Below, piece after piece: positions 42,344-55,149 of a stretch of 64,000 bases of DNA. Within the stretch, counting starts at the first letter, position 1. Each line of letters opens with the position of its first letter. The notes beneath the pieces were generated by a model, which did no database searches, was not told the DNA's origin, and saw nothing but the letters and a program-made list of their open reading frames with translations. The stretch comes from the human T2T-CHM13v2.0 reference genome, Homo sapiens: the NCBI RefSeq assembly GCF_009914755.1, contig NC_060931.1; one strand, given 5' to 3'. Made by a program: the position numbers and the translations under genes.

Positions 42344-42725
42344 AAATTCCCATTTCTATTGGACTTATGTTTATAGTATCTTTTGTCATACAGATGTTTT
42401 AAATTTAGTTTTTATCTTTTGTATCCTGTTTAAGAAGGCTTTTAATTACCTCTGGATTCTAAGCAAATTCTCCTAATTCTTCTAATACTTCCATTTCCTT
42501 TTTTTAAGCTGGCACTTAAGTCCATCTGGAACTGATTTTTATAAACAATCTTCACTATGAATCTAACTTAAATATTTTCCCCAAAGAGAGAGTTGGTTCT
42601 AAGTCGATGAATAGCCTTTTTCCATGGACTTGGAATATCTCTTGTATCATGTATCAAACAATACTGTTCCATTGGCCTATTTGTCTATTATGTGTACTGT
42701 ACATTATTGTAATGATTATATTTAG

Positions 42726-43157
<432 letters not shown>

Positions 43158-43159
43158 AC

Positions 43160-45700
43160 TTTATCTTTTAGAGCAATTTTAGCTTTACAGAAAAATTGTG
43201 AAGAAAGTAGAGTTCCCCTATACCTTAGCTCCAGTTTCTCCTATTATTAACATTTTGCATTCATGTGGTACATTTGTTATAACTGATGAACCAATATAGA
43301 TACATTTTTATTACCTAAAGTCTGTAGTTGACATTAGGGTTCTCTTTTGGTCTTGTACCTTACCTGGGTTTTGACAAAGGCATAATGTCCCGTATCACTA
43401 TTATAGTATCATACAGAATATTTCACTGCCCCCCAAGTTCCCTGTGCTCCGTCTGTTCATCTCTCCCTACCCCCCAACCCCTGGCTACCACTGGTTTTTA
43501 AATTCTCTCTGTAGTTTTGCCCTTTCCAGAATGTCATATAGTTGAAGTCATACAGTGTGTAGCCTTTTATGTTGACGTCTTTCACCTAGAAGTTTGCATG
43601 TAGGGTACCTCCATGGCTTTTTTGACTTAATAGCTTACTTCTTTTTATTGTTGACTAATATTCCATCATGCGGAGTTATCCATTCACCCACTGAAGGACA
43701 CTGTGGTTCCTGCCCAGTTCTGGCAGTTAGGAATAAAGCTATAAAAATTCATGTGTAGTTTTCTGTGTGGACAGAGGTTTTCAGCTCTTTTGGGTAAATA
43801 CCTAGGAGAGCGACTGCTGGATTGGATGGTAAGCCTGTATTTAGCTTTGTAAGAAACTGCTGAACTGCCTTCCAGAGTGGTGGCAGCACTTTGCATTTCC
43901 ACCAGGAAGGAAAGAGCCCCTGTTGCTGCTCAGCCTCACTGTGTGCACATGCCAGTGATCTGGATTCTAGCCACTCTCATTTATTTTATTTTATTTTTAT
44001 TTTTTTGAGACAGAGTTTTGCTCTCGTTGCCCAGGCTGGAGAGCAATGGTGTGATCTCGGCTTGCTGCAACCTCTGCCTCCTGGGTTCAAGTGATTCTCC
44101 TGCCTCAACCTTCTGAGTAGCTGGGATAACAGGTGCCTGCCATCACACCCAGCTAATTTTTTGTATTTTTAGTAGAGATGGGGTTTCACCATGTTGGCCA
44201 GGCTGGTCTTGAACTCCTAACCTCAGGTGTTCCACCTGCCTTGGCCTCCCAAAGTGCTGGGATTACTGGCATGAGCCACTCTGCCCGGCCAATTCTAGCC
44301 ATTCATATGTGTACAGTGGTAGCATTTTTGCTTTTAATGTCGTATAAGCCAAATTCTTCTTTGTTCATTTTTAGGATTTTCTGGGCAATTTGTATAGATG
44401 ATAAATTTTACAGTTCACTTAAATAGGATTACACTGAATTTAAACATTATTTCAGAGTGAAGAACATCTTTGGCTTCTCATCTAAGAATATGATATACAT
44501 TGCTCCTTTTCTTTAGTTTTCTTTATCTCTTTAGTAAAGTTTAATAGTTTTCTTTGTATATGTTTTGCATGTTTATTGGGTATATTCCTAGTTACTTGTA
44601 TTGCCATTTTTTAAAAAGTGATTTTTGTATGTTTTTGTACTGGGCAATCTTGCTGAACTCTTATTTCTATTTCTCAGTGGATTCCCTTGCACATTCCAGG
44701 TTGTTAATAATCATAAACAAATGGCAGCTTCCTCTCCTTTCCAATGTTGATGCGTTTCTCTTTGTTTTCCCCTCTGCCTTGGCTAGTTCCTCAAGGACAG
44801 CCGGCTGATTTCAGGGATGGTGAGCATCGCATTTTGTTTCTACCTGTAATGGGCTTCTAATCTTTTGCCTTTGGTTATAATGTTCGCTGTAATTTCTAGA
44901 GTACATTCTTTGTCAACTTAGTTTCCTCTATTCTTAGTTTGCTAGGAGCTTTCTTCTCTCTCTCTCTCTCTCCCTCCCTCCCTCCCTCCCTCCCCTCTTC
45001 CTCTTTCCCTACCTTCTCCCTCCTTTGATCCTTCCCTCCAGAAATAATGTTGAATTTTATCATATGACTTTTTCACATCTATTGGGAGTTTTTTCACTTT
45101 TAATAAGGTAATGTTATAAATTATATTGGGCCATCTTTGCTTTCCTGGGGAAAATCTCAGCAAGGTTAGGGTATGTTATTATTTTGATACCACTGAAGTT
45201 GCTTTGCTAATGTTTGTGTCTATGTTCAAAGAATGATAAACCTTTTGCCCACTTCCATTCTTGGCTTGATACTGGAGTTATGCTAACCTTGTAGACTTTT
45301 CTTTCCCTTTGCTCCTATTCACTGTAATAGTTCATATAAGGTGGAAAAAGTCCTCACTTGAGGCTTTAGCAGCACCTGTTTATATAGTTACAGAGCCTGT
45401 TACCCATTTTTGAGGTACACTGAGATGTTCTTCTCAGTCTCTTTTAGTTGTTTATGTAGTCAGATTTTCTACCTACTCTTGGGTCAGTTTTAGTTTACAT
45501 TTTCTTGCAAAATCTTCTATTTCATATAGATTTTCAAATTTATTTATATAAAGTCCATATTTGGGGATTTTCAGAATCCTTTTTGCGGCTACATGTCCCT
45601 TATCTATAATCTGTTTTTATCTTTATTAATGCCGTTCTTCTACTTCCTTTGGGTTTATTTTGTTGGGTTTGTAACGTTGACGTCTGTTTAAAGATTTTTC
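43160..45700 (-). mobile_element. L1MC/L1M remnants with an inserted AluS (43980-44290, minus)
   Basis: T-rich L1 3'-end motifs (TTTTGGGTAAATACCTAGGAG...GCTGGAT..ATGGTAAG); Alu TSD ATTCTAGCCA. Confidence 0.7.
44950..45040. repeat. CT-rich simple repeat (TC)n/(TCCC)n
   Basis: Almost pure polypyrimidine tract. Confidence 0.85.
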
Positions 45701-46833
45701 TCTTTGTTCACAGCTGTTTTATTCCACCTACTTTTAATTACATGTAAACCTTTTTGGAAAGGTGCATGGATCACAAGCTCTGTAAATTCTTATAAAGCAA
45801 ACATTCCCCTGTAACTAGCACCCACATCAATGGAGAACATTGCCAGAACCTCAGAGCCCATGCTGCCTTCCACCCACAGTGCCCTCTGTAATAGGGCATT
45901 ATCCTGACTTCTAACTCGTGGGTTCATTTTGCCAGTTTCTCCTCTTCACATAAATGGAATCACACAGTATGCATTCTTTAGTGTCTGTGGCAGATGGTTT
46001 CTTTATGGCTTCTTATTCTGTGAGCTGGGAAGACAAAGTGCCTCTGTAGACTTGTGCACGGCCCAAGTGTGGGCTGGGAGCAGTGGGTGTGGGACCCCCA
46101 TGAGTAAAGTGGATTGGATTTAACACAAAGGGAAGGCGACACCTCTTTTGGGTGCTGAGGTCTTTCTGGCCTACTTTCTTGTTCTTGGTTTTGTTGAAGG
46201 AAGATGAGTTGCCAGACAGCCAAGGTCCCAGCAGGTGAAGTGCTCCCCCGCCATGGCTTCTGCCTTGGAGCAGGAGCCCCGACAGTATAGACGGTGCTGC
46301 AGTGACCCAGGGGTTGGTCTCCCTGACCACTGAGGGACTGAGCATGCCTTTGCTTAGAAAGCTTCCAGCACGTCGATCCTCTTAGAAAAAGAATGGTATG
46401 TTTTGCAGCTTGGCCACTTTCTCCTTGCCCCCTGGGTCAGCAGATTTCACTGGATCGGTTTCTTTAAACCTTCTCTGCATCTCCTCGGCCTCAGGGTGGA
46501 GAAGGCAGAGCAGCCGGTGCCTCGGGGATCCTGAGGCCTGGGCACCCGAGTGATTCACTTACGGTTCCTTTCTTGTATTTTTCTCCTTCACTCCTTTCTA
46601 TATCTTAACCTGCCCTTGTTGTCCTTTCTGCCTTCCCGACTCTTTTTTCTTCTTTTGCCCCTGTTTTCTTAGGTTCATTTAAAAATCTTTCCCTTCTGCC
46701 TTTTCTCGTGCCCTCTTTTCAGCCCCTCTCTGCCCTCCTGCACCACTTCCCTCTCTCTTGCTCCTTCTCTCCATCCCACCCAGCGGAGCAGCAGTGACCT
46801 CTCTCCCTCCTCTCTCCCGCTTGCCTCTGGCAG

Positions 46834-48416
46834 GAGCTGGGCTGGTGATGAAGGTCAAGCAGGAGAAGCCGGAGCGGCTGCTGCAGACGCTGGCGCCGCA
46901 GGCCATGCTTGTGGAGAAGGACAAGGAGAACATCTTTCAGCAGCACCGGGGCCTCCCGCCACGCCAGACCATGGGGCGGCCTCGAGCCCTGGGGGGACAG
47001 GAGGAGTCTGGGAGTCCAAGGTGGGCCCCTCCCACTGAGCAGGATGCGGGGCTGGCAGGCCGGGCTCCCGGGTCAGCCTCCGGCCCCCTGAGCCCCTCGC
47101 TTTCCTCCGGCGAGGGTCACTTTGTATGCCTGGACTGCGGGAAGAGGTTCAGCTGGTGGTCGTCCCTGAAGATCCACCAGCGCACCCACACCGGGGAGAA
47201 GCCGTACCTCTGCGGCAAGTGCGGCAAGAGCTTCAGCCAGAAGCCGAACCTGGCGCGCCACCAGCGGCACCACACGGGCGAGCGACCCTTCTGCTGCCCC
47301 GAGTGCGCGCGGCGCTTCAGCCAGAAGCAGCACCTGCTCAAGCACCAGAAGACCCACTCCCGGCCCGCCACCCACTCGTGCCCCGAGTGCGAGCGCTGCT
47401 TCCGTCACCAGGTGGGCCTCCGCATCCACCAGCGCGCGCACGCCCGGGACCGCCAGGGCTCCCGCGCCGGCCTGCACGAGCTGATTCAGGACGCGGCGGC
47501 GCGCCGGGCCTGTCGCCTGCAGCCGGGGCCGCCGCGGGGGCGCCCCGAGTGGGCCTGGCTGGGGCTCTGCCAGGGCTGGTGGGGCCAGCCCGGGGCCCGG
47601 GCCGCGGTCTCCGGCCCCGAGGGGCCGGGCGAGCCGCGCCAGTTCATCTGCAACGAGTGTGGCAAGAGCTTCACCTGGTGGTCGTCGCTGAACATCCACC
47701 AGCGCATCCACACTGGCGAGCGCCCCTATGCGTGCCCCGAGTGCGGCCGCCGCTTCAGCCAGAAGCCCAACTTGACGCGGCACCTGCGCAACCACACAGG
47801 CGAGCGCCCGCACCCCTGCCCGCACTGTGGCCGCGGCTTCCGCCAGAAGCAGCACCTGCTCAAGCACCTGCGCACGCACCTGCCCGGCGCCCAGGCTGCG
47901 CCCTGCCCCAGCTGCGGTAAGAGCTGCCGCAGCCGCGCCGCGCTGCGCGCCCACCAGCGCGCCCACGCTGTCGCTGAGCCCGCCGTTCCGGCCGGGGAAC
48001 CGGGCGACCAGCCGCAGGCCGAGGCCATCCCGGGCTTGGCCGCGAGGCCGCGGAGCTCCCAACGGTCCCCGGGGGCCCGGGACGCGCTGTGGGGCCGGGG
48101 ACAAGCGGGCCTCGCTGGGCCTGGCGAGCCGCGCCAGTTCATCTGCAACGAGTGCGGCAAGAGCTTCTCGTGGTGGTCGGCGCTCACCATCCACCAGCGC
48201 ATCCACACGGGTGAGCGGCCCTACCCGTGCCCCGAGTGCGGCCGCCGCTTCAGCCAGAAGCCCAACCTGACGCGGCACCGGCGCAACCACACAGGCGAGC
48301 GGCCCTACCTGTGTCCCGCCTGCGGCCGCGGCTTCAGCCAGAAGCAGCACCTGCTCAAGCACCAGCGCGTGCACCGCGCGGCCCCTGCGTGCAGCCCCAA
48401 GGAGGAGGCGCGCTAG
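46834..48416 (+). CDS. ZNF775: ZNF775 exon 3, 11 C2H2 fingers (4+4+3); spliced protein 537 aa
   Basis: Acceptor ttgcctctggcag ends 46833; 31+1583 nt = 538 codons; [26 protein letters not shown]...PKEEAR recognised. Confidence 0.95.
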
Positions 48417-48931
48417 TGGACTGGACCTCAGCGGACCCGTGGTGGTGCGGGGGATGTTTGCGGGGTGTGTGTGGGGAGTGGGGGTGGCCAGGATTGCTGG
48501 CTCCTAGAACCCCTTAGAGCGGGACCGGTGGATTCCTTAAGGCTCTGAAGGGCTGAGAACAGTTCTAGAAGCGTCCCAAAGGGTGCTGGGAAAGGTCCCA
48601 GCGTGGGTTGAGGGAGGAGGGAAGATCCGAGTTCCTCACCGCGGGCCGGGATGTGACCACCCTCTTCAGAGGTTGGACCCCAGGCTTCAAGCACCGAGTG
48701 AGGGGTCTGTTGGGGACGCTGGGAGAGTCTCTGGTGTGAAGTGGCTTAGGTCTGGACTGGTCAGCTGTGGCACCAGCCGGTCCTGCCCACGCTTCAGGAT
48801 GGCCGGGGGCTGCCCCTGTGGGAGAGTTGCCAAGACTCGGCGATACCAAGGATGGAAGCCAGAGGCTGTGGCGAGGGAGAGCCAAGCATATTCCCAGCAC
48901 CAGGGCCACTGCTGGCACGTCGTAGACATCC

Positions 48932-48937
48932 AATAAA
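48932..48937 (+). terminator. ZNF775: ZNF775 polyadenylation signal
   Basis: AATAAA ~515 nt after the TAG, followed by T-rich sequence. Confidence 0.75.
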
Positions 48938-51900
48938 TATTTTTGGAAGGAGTGAATGGTTTGATGTCCCTCTCCATCCCTGCCAGCCCCCTGCCCAAGG
49001 TGTGTGTGTGGTTGGGCCCGACTCTAGAACTGGTATGTGTGTGATGGTCAGGCAGGCATGAGCGGGGTGGGCTCTGCTGAGGCTTGGCTGCCTGAGGAGG
49101 TAGCTGTGCAGGAGAGAGCCAAACACGCTGCTTCTATTCCTGTCTGGGGCATGTCTGAAGTGGGCTGGCTGTCTTGACTGGCTTGGATCCTTATCAGTCT
49201 GGTGTTGCAGAAGAGAGAATGGATGGAATATTCCACGTGGTCTCACTTTCCTTTCTGAACCACCCTTGCTGAAGCCCGGGTCTGTGTGTGCTCAGAGATC
49301 CATTTGCCCCAGGCTAGGAGCACAGCACTCCCCACACCCAGTTCTTGCCAGGGGTGTTTTCTCTCTTCCCTTCTCCAAGTCAGTTTAGTGTCTTCCCACA
49401 TACCCTCCTCGGCCTCCTGCCCCCAAGAGGTCACCCCTCACGCCCTTCCAAAGCAGGGTTGGCTGAGTCCCTGGTGCTGACAGAAGAGCCCAGGACTCCA
49501 GCCCAGGCTGTGACCTCAGATGGTGTCTTCCCAGAGGAGAGGAGGGAACTGGAGATGGTGGTGATGGGTTTGGGGTGCCAGGGTTGGGTAGCTGGGAGGT
49601 AGGAAGAAAGGACCCCAACATGGCTCTAGAGAAGGAAGAAGTGCACTTGCCCCCATCTCACAGCCCAGATCCTTCTCTGTATGCAGAGAAGTGTTACCTT
49701 CTGGGAGCTGCCACGGTTCAGCCTAGCTTCTGGTCACTGTTCTTTAATCCTCTGTATCTGGAAAATACTCCAGTTGTAGATCTATGGAAGGACATACGAA
49801 GGTGATGGGTGGACCCGGAGGGCCGCCCTGACTGTTATGGCTTACTAGGGTAACAGTGCCGATGATGGTTAGCACTCAGCCAGGGCTGCTGCATCTCCGT
49901 CCCGTTCTTTGATCACAAAACATGCAGTGTGAAATCACACGGGGTGTTGTACGCCGGGGTTGCTACCACCTACTTGAGCATTCAGCGCTTAGGACCACGG
50001 GAAACCAAACCAGGAGGGTTTTCCTGGGCACCCTCCACCCGACACCAGCCCTAGGGGCTGCCCTGACTCTAATGACCTGCCCCTCTCCTGGAACTCCCCT
50101 TCCATCCTGCACCGCCCCAGGGAGTGCTTGACTGCCTTGCAGCTCATCAAACCCTGCTTTAACAGGGTGGGGGAGGGGGGCTCAGGAGTCCTTTGCTTTT
50201 TTCTCTTTGCCACTTGCCAAATTCTGAAATCAAGTTGAGCAAGCCCACCCACTTCAGGCCTCACTGAGTCCCGTCTTTCATTCCTGGGTTAGAGAAACAC
50301 TGCCCGCAAGGACAGATCTGTGGAAACACTAGGTCCCTGTGACTCAGGTGCCGGAGGATGCAGTGTCAGCAGATGCTGACGAGATCAGTCCTGCAGGAGC
50401 ATCTTTACGACAGAACATGTTATTTTCCATAAGTGGCCTGTTTAATGATCAAATCAGTCAAATAGCTGTGCTGGTAGGACTTGGGGTTAAAAATGAGGCC
50501 TAATTGCAGCTTTTTTCTCCAGCACCAATTCATGAGAATGCCTGCTCGCTGACCCCAGGTGACTGGGCCTCCCACAAATGGGTGTTTTGGGTCACAAAGG
50601 GGGCAGGGTCAAATCCCTCAGGCAAAGAGTGACTGAGGTGTATGACTCACTGACCAGGCCGGGACTGCACGGCATTCGTTCACTAAAGAAGCCTGCTGTG
50701 TGCCAGGCATCATGCTCAGATGCTGCCCGAGACACAGCCCCTACCCTTGAAGAGCTCAAGGACCTTTATGGAAAATCATTTTGATACACACAGGGCTTGG
50801 GACCATCTATGTGTTCAACTCTTTAAAAAATGGTTCCCAGCCCCAGTTCTCTTAGCAAGGCTTTCTAATTCATTATCTCATTTAATCTCGCCATGAGTCA
50901 GGCAGGGCAGTAACACATGGGAAAGGAGGGTGGGGGTGGGGATAGTGTGACCTGTCCACCAGGTCCTGCTACAAATTGACAGCAGATCCCAGGCCTCGTG
51001 TTAGCCCAAGCTGCTTCTACTGTCACATTGCAGCCTTCTGCAAGGATGGGGTGGTACTGTCCTTCTCACTTCTCATTCTCTTCCATTTTAAAATGATAAA
51101 CCTGGGTCAGAGGATATTTAGGAAGAGGCATTGTCATTAAGTCCAAGACAAGATGGTCAGATTTGTTATCCTAGTGGGTTACAATCCAAAATACTCTGGA
51201 GCATGCTGAGATTAAGGTGGTTGCCAAGGGAACAGAAAACAGCCATGAGTAAATAAATCAAGACTTTAAAGGATTTAGATCGGGTCTATGGCCAGGTAAG
51301 TGCAGACCTTTGTATTCTTTCCAAGGCCAGGTAAGTGCAGGTCTGCAGTGGGGATCTGTGGCCACGTGGTCACAGATGTGGAAACATCCTGCAAACGCAG
51401 CCACGCTGCTTCGTACAGGCGGTGCAGTGGCTGGCATGGGGAGCCAGGTGAGCTTGGTGATGTTGGGGCTTCTGGAACTGCCTGCATTATCCTTGTATTT
51501 CTTTGTTAGGAGCAAGTCTGGACCTAAGAAAGATGGTGTAGGTTCTCGGAAAATGGTTGTTTTTTGGCAAGGGACACGAGCTTCAAGTCGTCCGGTAAGG
51601 CAGTCGGCCTCATTGAGAGGGTTTGGTGTCCCACTGCCCAGTCCCGGGGAGCTGCCTGACGGAGGGTAGACTGCAGTGACCAGAGGCAGCCGCTCAGCCA
51701 TGCAATAGCACAGGCCGAGGGAGAGGGCAGGCCCCTCGTGGACTTGGCAGAGAGAAATGGGTGGGAGTGGGGGATGTGAAACCTTTTGTTACTTTTTAGT
51801 GGTTTGAATTTAGTAAAGAAATATCTTTGACCTTTAGGCAGCAGGAGGAGTATTGGGGCCAAAAACAGTGTGTTCTCACATATCACTGTTCTTCCTGCAT

Positions 51901-52009
51901 TGTGGCAGGGGCAGTGAGAGAGGGAAATGAATGGACTCCCTTAAGTTATCCCTTAGGCTAAAAAGAGAACAGCCTCTTTTGGGTTGACTGGATTTGGAGG
52001 AGGTGTCCT

Positions 52010-52200
52010 AAACAGGCTGTTCAACAGGGGACTTTTTGTGATGATGACAGCGCTCTATTTCTGTGCTGTCCAGACTATAGCCACTAGCCACATATGGCTA
52101 TTGAGTATTTAAATGTGGCTTGTACGGCTGAGGAACTGAACTTTATTCAATTTTAATTCATTTAAATAGCCCCACGTAGCTACTGGGCATAACAGCCCCA
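52010..52200. mobile_element. MER3-like hAT DNA transposon
   Basis: GCTGTCCA...TAGCCACTAGCCACATATGGCTATTGAG...TGAGGAACTGAA.TTT. Confidence 0.7.
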
Positions 52201-55149
52201 GGGATGATAGGATGACACTCCTATTGATAAGAAGCTAGAAACATTGTTTCTTTTCCCTTCACCTTCTCCCCTCTGCTCACCACCTCCGGGAGAGCCAGAT
52301 AGTTCTGGGGTTCAATTCTGGCTTTGTCATTTAAACCATAGGTCCTTGGGCAAGTAACTTATGTAAAGCATGCAGTATAGTGCCTGGCACACAGCAAGCA
52401 CTCAATAAATGGTAGCTATTGTTGTTTTAATAAACTTGAGTGGTTACTTGCAGAGCAATTGTGCCCATGGAAAGGGAAAAAAGGGTTTTTCCCTTGCTTA
52501 GCTTAACCCACATAAAGAATTAACCATCTCCAGTGTGAAGCAGGCCTGCTGCAAGTTTAAGGGTTTGAATTGATGTCATAGGTCACATCCTGGGTTTTAA
52601 TTCCAAGGAAAGAGAACTTTGGAGCAGATGAGGCCTCACGCTGAGCCTCACATCTCCATCCAGGCCTCTGCAGAGCAACTCAGCCCTCACAGGGCAGCAG
52701 CTTTGCCTGCACCTCCTCATTCCTTGCATTGCATCAGCTCTCCTCCTCCTCCAAACCCTTGGGGGCCATCTTTTCTCTCTGCGCCGCCTGAGCTATTAGA
52801 TGTAGCTTGCAGAGGAGCATACCTTCATTCAACAGACATCGACTGAGGACCTATTGTATGCTGGACACGTGGGACAAAGAGACGCTAAAATAGTCCCTGC
52901 CCTTTGAAGTTCATAACCTGGTGGGGAAAACAAAAGTGTGCTAAATTCCAAATCTGGGATCAGCATAAGGTGCTTTGGAGAGAGGGATCAGACTGCTGTC
53001 CAGTCCTGGGAGATGGGAGATGGGAGAGGCTTGTCAAGGGGGAGGTGGTTGCCCTGCTGAGTGAGGAAGCCCTAGGGACGCAGCCCTACAGGAGGAGCTG
53101 GAGGATGCGGGGAGCAGGGTCTGGAGCTGCCCCGAGGAGGCCCATGGGGTGATCTGTTTGTCCACCTGTTGTGCCCCAGGGTGACTACAGTGCAGAGTCT
53201 GGGACAGGGTTCACCTGAGCTACACGTTTACCCATGGTCTACAGGAGCCACGAGCAACACATCTACCCACACGGGAGCCATGGTCTGCTGTTCTCCAGGA
53301 CGCCTTGGTTGTGGGCAGTCCAGGCCTTTGTTAGGGTCCAGAGTCCAGCTGCCATATGGATCTGTCAGAATAGTGGTGATCCCTGTGCCAGCCACTGCGC
53401 TGCCTGTATGAGGAAGCATGAAGCAGGGCTGTGTTTGCAGGGTGTTTCCATATTGGCACTCTATCGTGCTTGCCGCAGCACCTAAGAATGGGATGAGGGG
53501 GAACCTTGGGGGAGACAGGGGAGGTGGGTGTATGTGCACGAAACTAGAGAAGTGAAGTGCCTGAGCTCAAACCACCGTGGCAGAGCAGAGAATGGAGGCC
53601 TCTGGGAGCCCTTGGGCCTTGGCTTCCCCGCTGAGACAGGGCAGGTTTGAGGTGGTACTGCCCGTGTCTGTGTCCACCCCCATCCCCTAGCCGTGTTCTT
53701 TTCCTTTCTATTTTGGTTCAGCTTACCTAGAAATGCTGCTAAAAATATGGGAGACATCCTCAGGCATATTATTGATTTTGCTTTTGAAAAACATGGTGTT
53801 CACCGAGTGTCCCCATTTCTCTTATGGTCTGCAGAGGAGATGAACACTGGGGGCTCTGGCAGGTGACAGCAGGGGCTGGAAAGCTGAGCAGTGTTGATGT
53901 GCTCCGAGTGGAGGCACGGGTGGGGTTGGTCATCAGCACCTGGGGTGCTGGTGTCACTGCATGAGAACTCAACATCTGTCCTATGGACTAGTTTCTTTGT
54001 CTTCCTAGTATTCCCTTCCCGTTGTCTCTGTTTAAAATGCCAATTTCCGTGGGACGTGGAACTCCTAAAGTCCCACATCCAGCAGTGAGGTGTCTCCAGG
54101 AGCAGTGAAGGGATGGGGTGGGGGTTGGGGTAGGAGTGGATTCTCCAGAGGCCACAAGCCAGACGGGTGGGGCCTGGTGGGGCAGACTGGTCCTCCAAGC
54201 GAGCTGTGAAAGCAGGCAGGCCTGACCTCCAGGCCTGGTGTTGGGAGGAAGGGGCTGATTTTACAGCCTGGGGTCTCCCACCTGGAATTCTTCAGTTCCC
54301 AGGCTCCAGAAGGCACAGTGGGCACCTGCAGAGCTGCAGAGAGGACCCTCATGGTATCGGGAGGCCCGCATCTCTCAATGCCCTCCATCAGGCACAGCGC
54401 CACCCCAACCACCACATCCATTGTCTGCTGCAAGGATCCCTGCCTGGGCCTTGGAGAGAGAGTCGCGTTTCTCCACCTGGCAGCTACAGAGAGGCCACAG
54501 AGAAAAAAGCCTATTTAATGTTCTTCTACTACTTGTGACTTTTAAAATAACTTTTCCTCTCAGGCCTCTGTTTTTTTGTCTGTCAAATGTACACCCTCAG
54601 GCACGTTCTCACTGGGGCCCAGGTTTTTACTTCCCTGTCGTCACACACTATTTATGTCTGAGGGTCTCAGTCCCAGGGCGGTGCAGTGGAACACAAGCTG
54701 GGCCACGGTGCTGGGTCACGGTGCCGTGTTCCCGTCTGTGCTCTGCTACTTAGAGCTGTGAGTGTTGGAGGAAGCCACTCTGTGTTTCAATTTTATTTTC
54801 CCGTCTATAAAATGGGATAAAACCCACACAAGGTAGGGTGCACATGGTTATTGGAAGGTTCCCACGAGATCATAACATGGAAAAGGGCTTTGTAAAAGGC
54901 AAAGTTATGTCCGAGTAAGGGACATTATCATTAAATGGCAGCTGGAAGCTGTAATTTGGTTCTGCCCTCTCACGCCCGCTGCTACTCCAGACGTCGTAAG
55001 TTGCTCTTTTATGGGATATCTCTGGCTTGACTGCGGGTTCCGTTCTGAGGAGGTGGGGTCAGCAGGGGCCTGATGTCTTCTTCCTTTCCCTCTGGTCACT
55101 CTAGTGATATAACCCAGGCCATATAGTCAGGCAGACTTTGGCGAAACTG

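Noticed and set aside
46758-46833. 552-aa ORF start called at TTG 46758
   Set aside because: Intronic polypyrimidine tract; the real N-terminus comes from exon 2.
47126-47920. 264-aa ATG-initiated alternative-frame ORF within ZNF775 (also the 306-aa GTG ORF at 22459-23379 in REPIN1)
   Set aside because: Internal start in weak context; typical shifted-frame product of C2H2 arrays; no independent support.
47073-48374. 433-aa antisense ORF over ZNF775 (same length as the REPIN1 one)
   Set aside because: Same mirror-frame artefact; the equal length appears coincidental.
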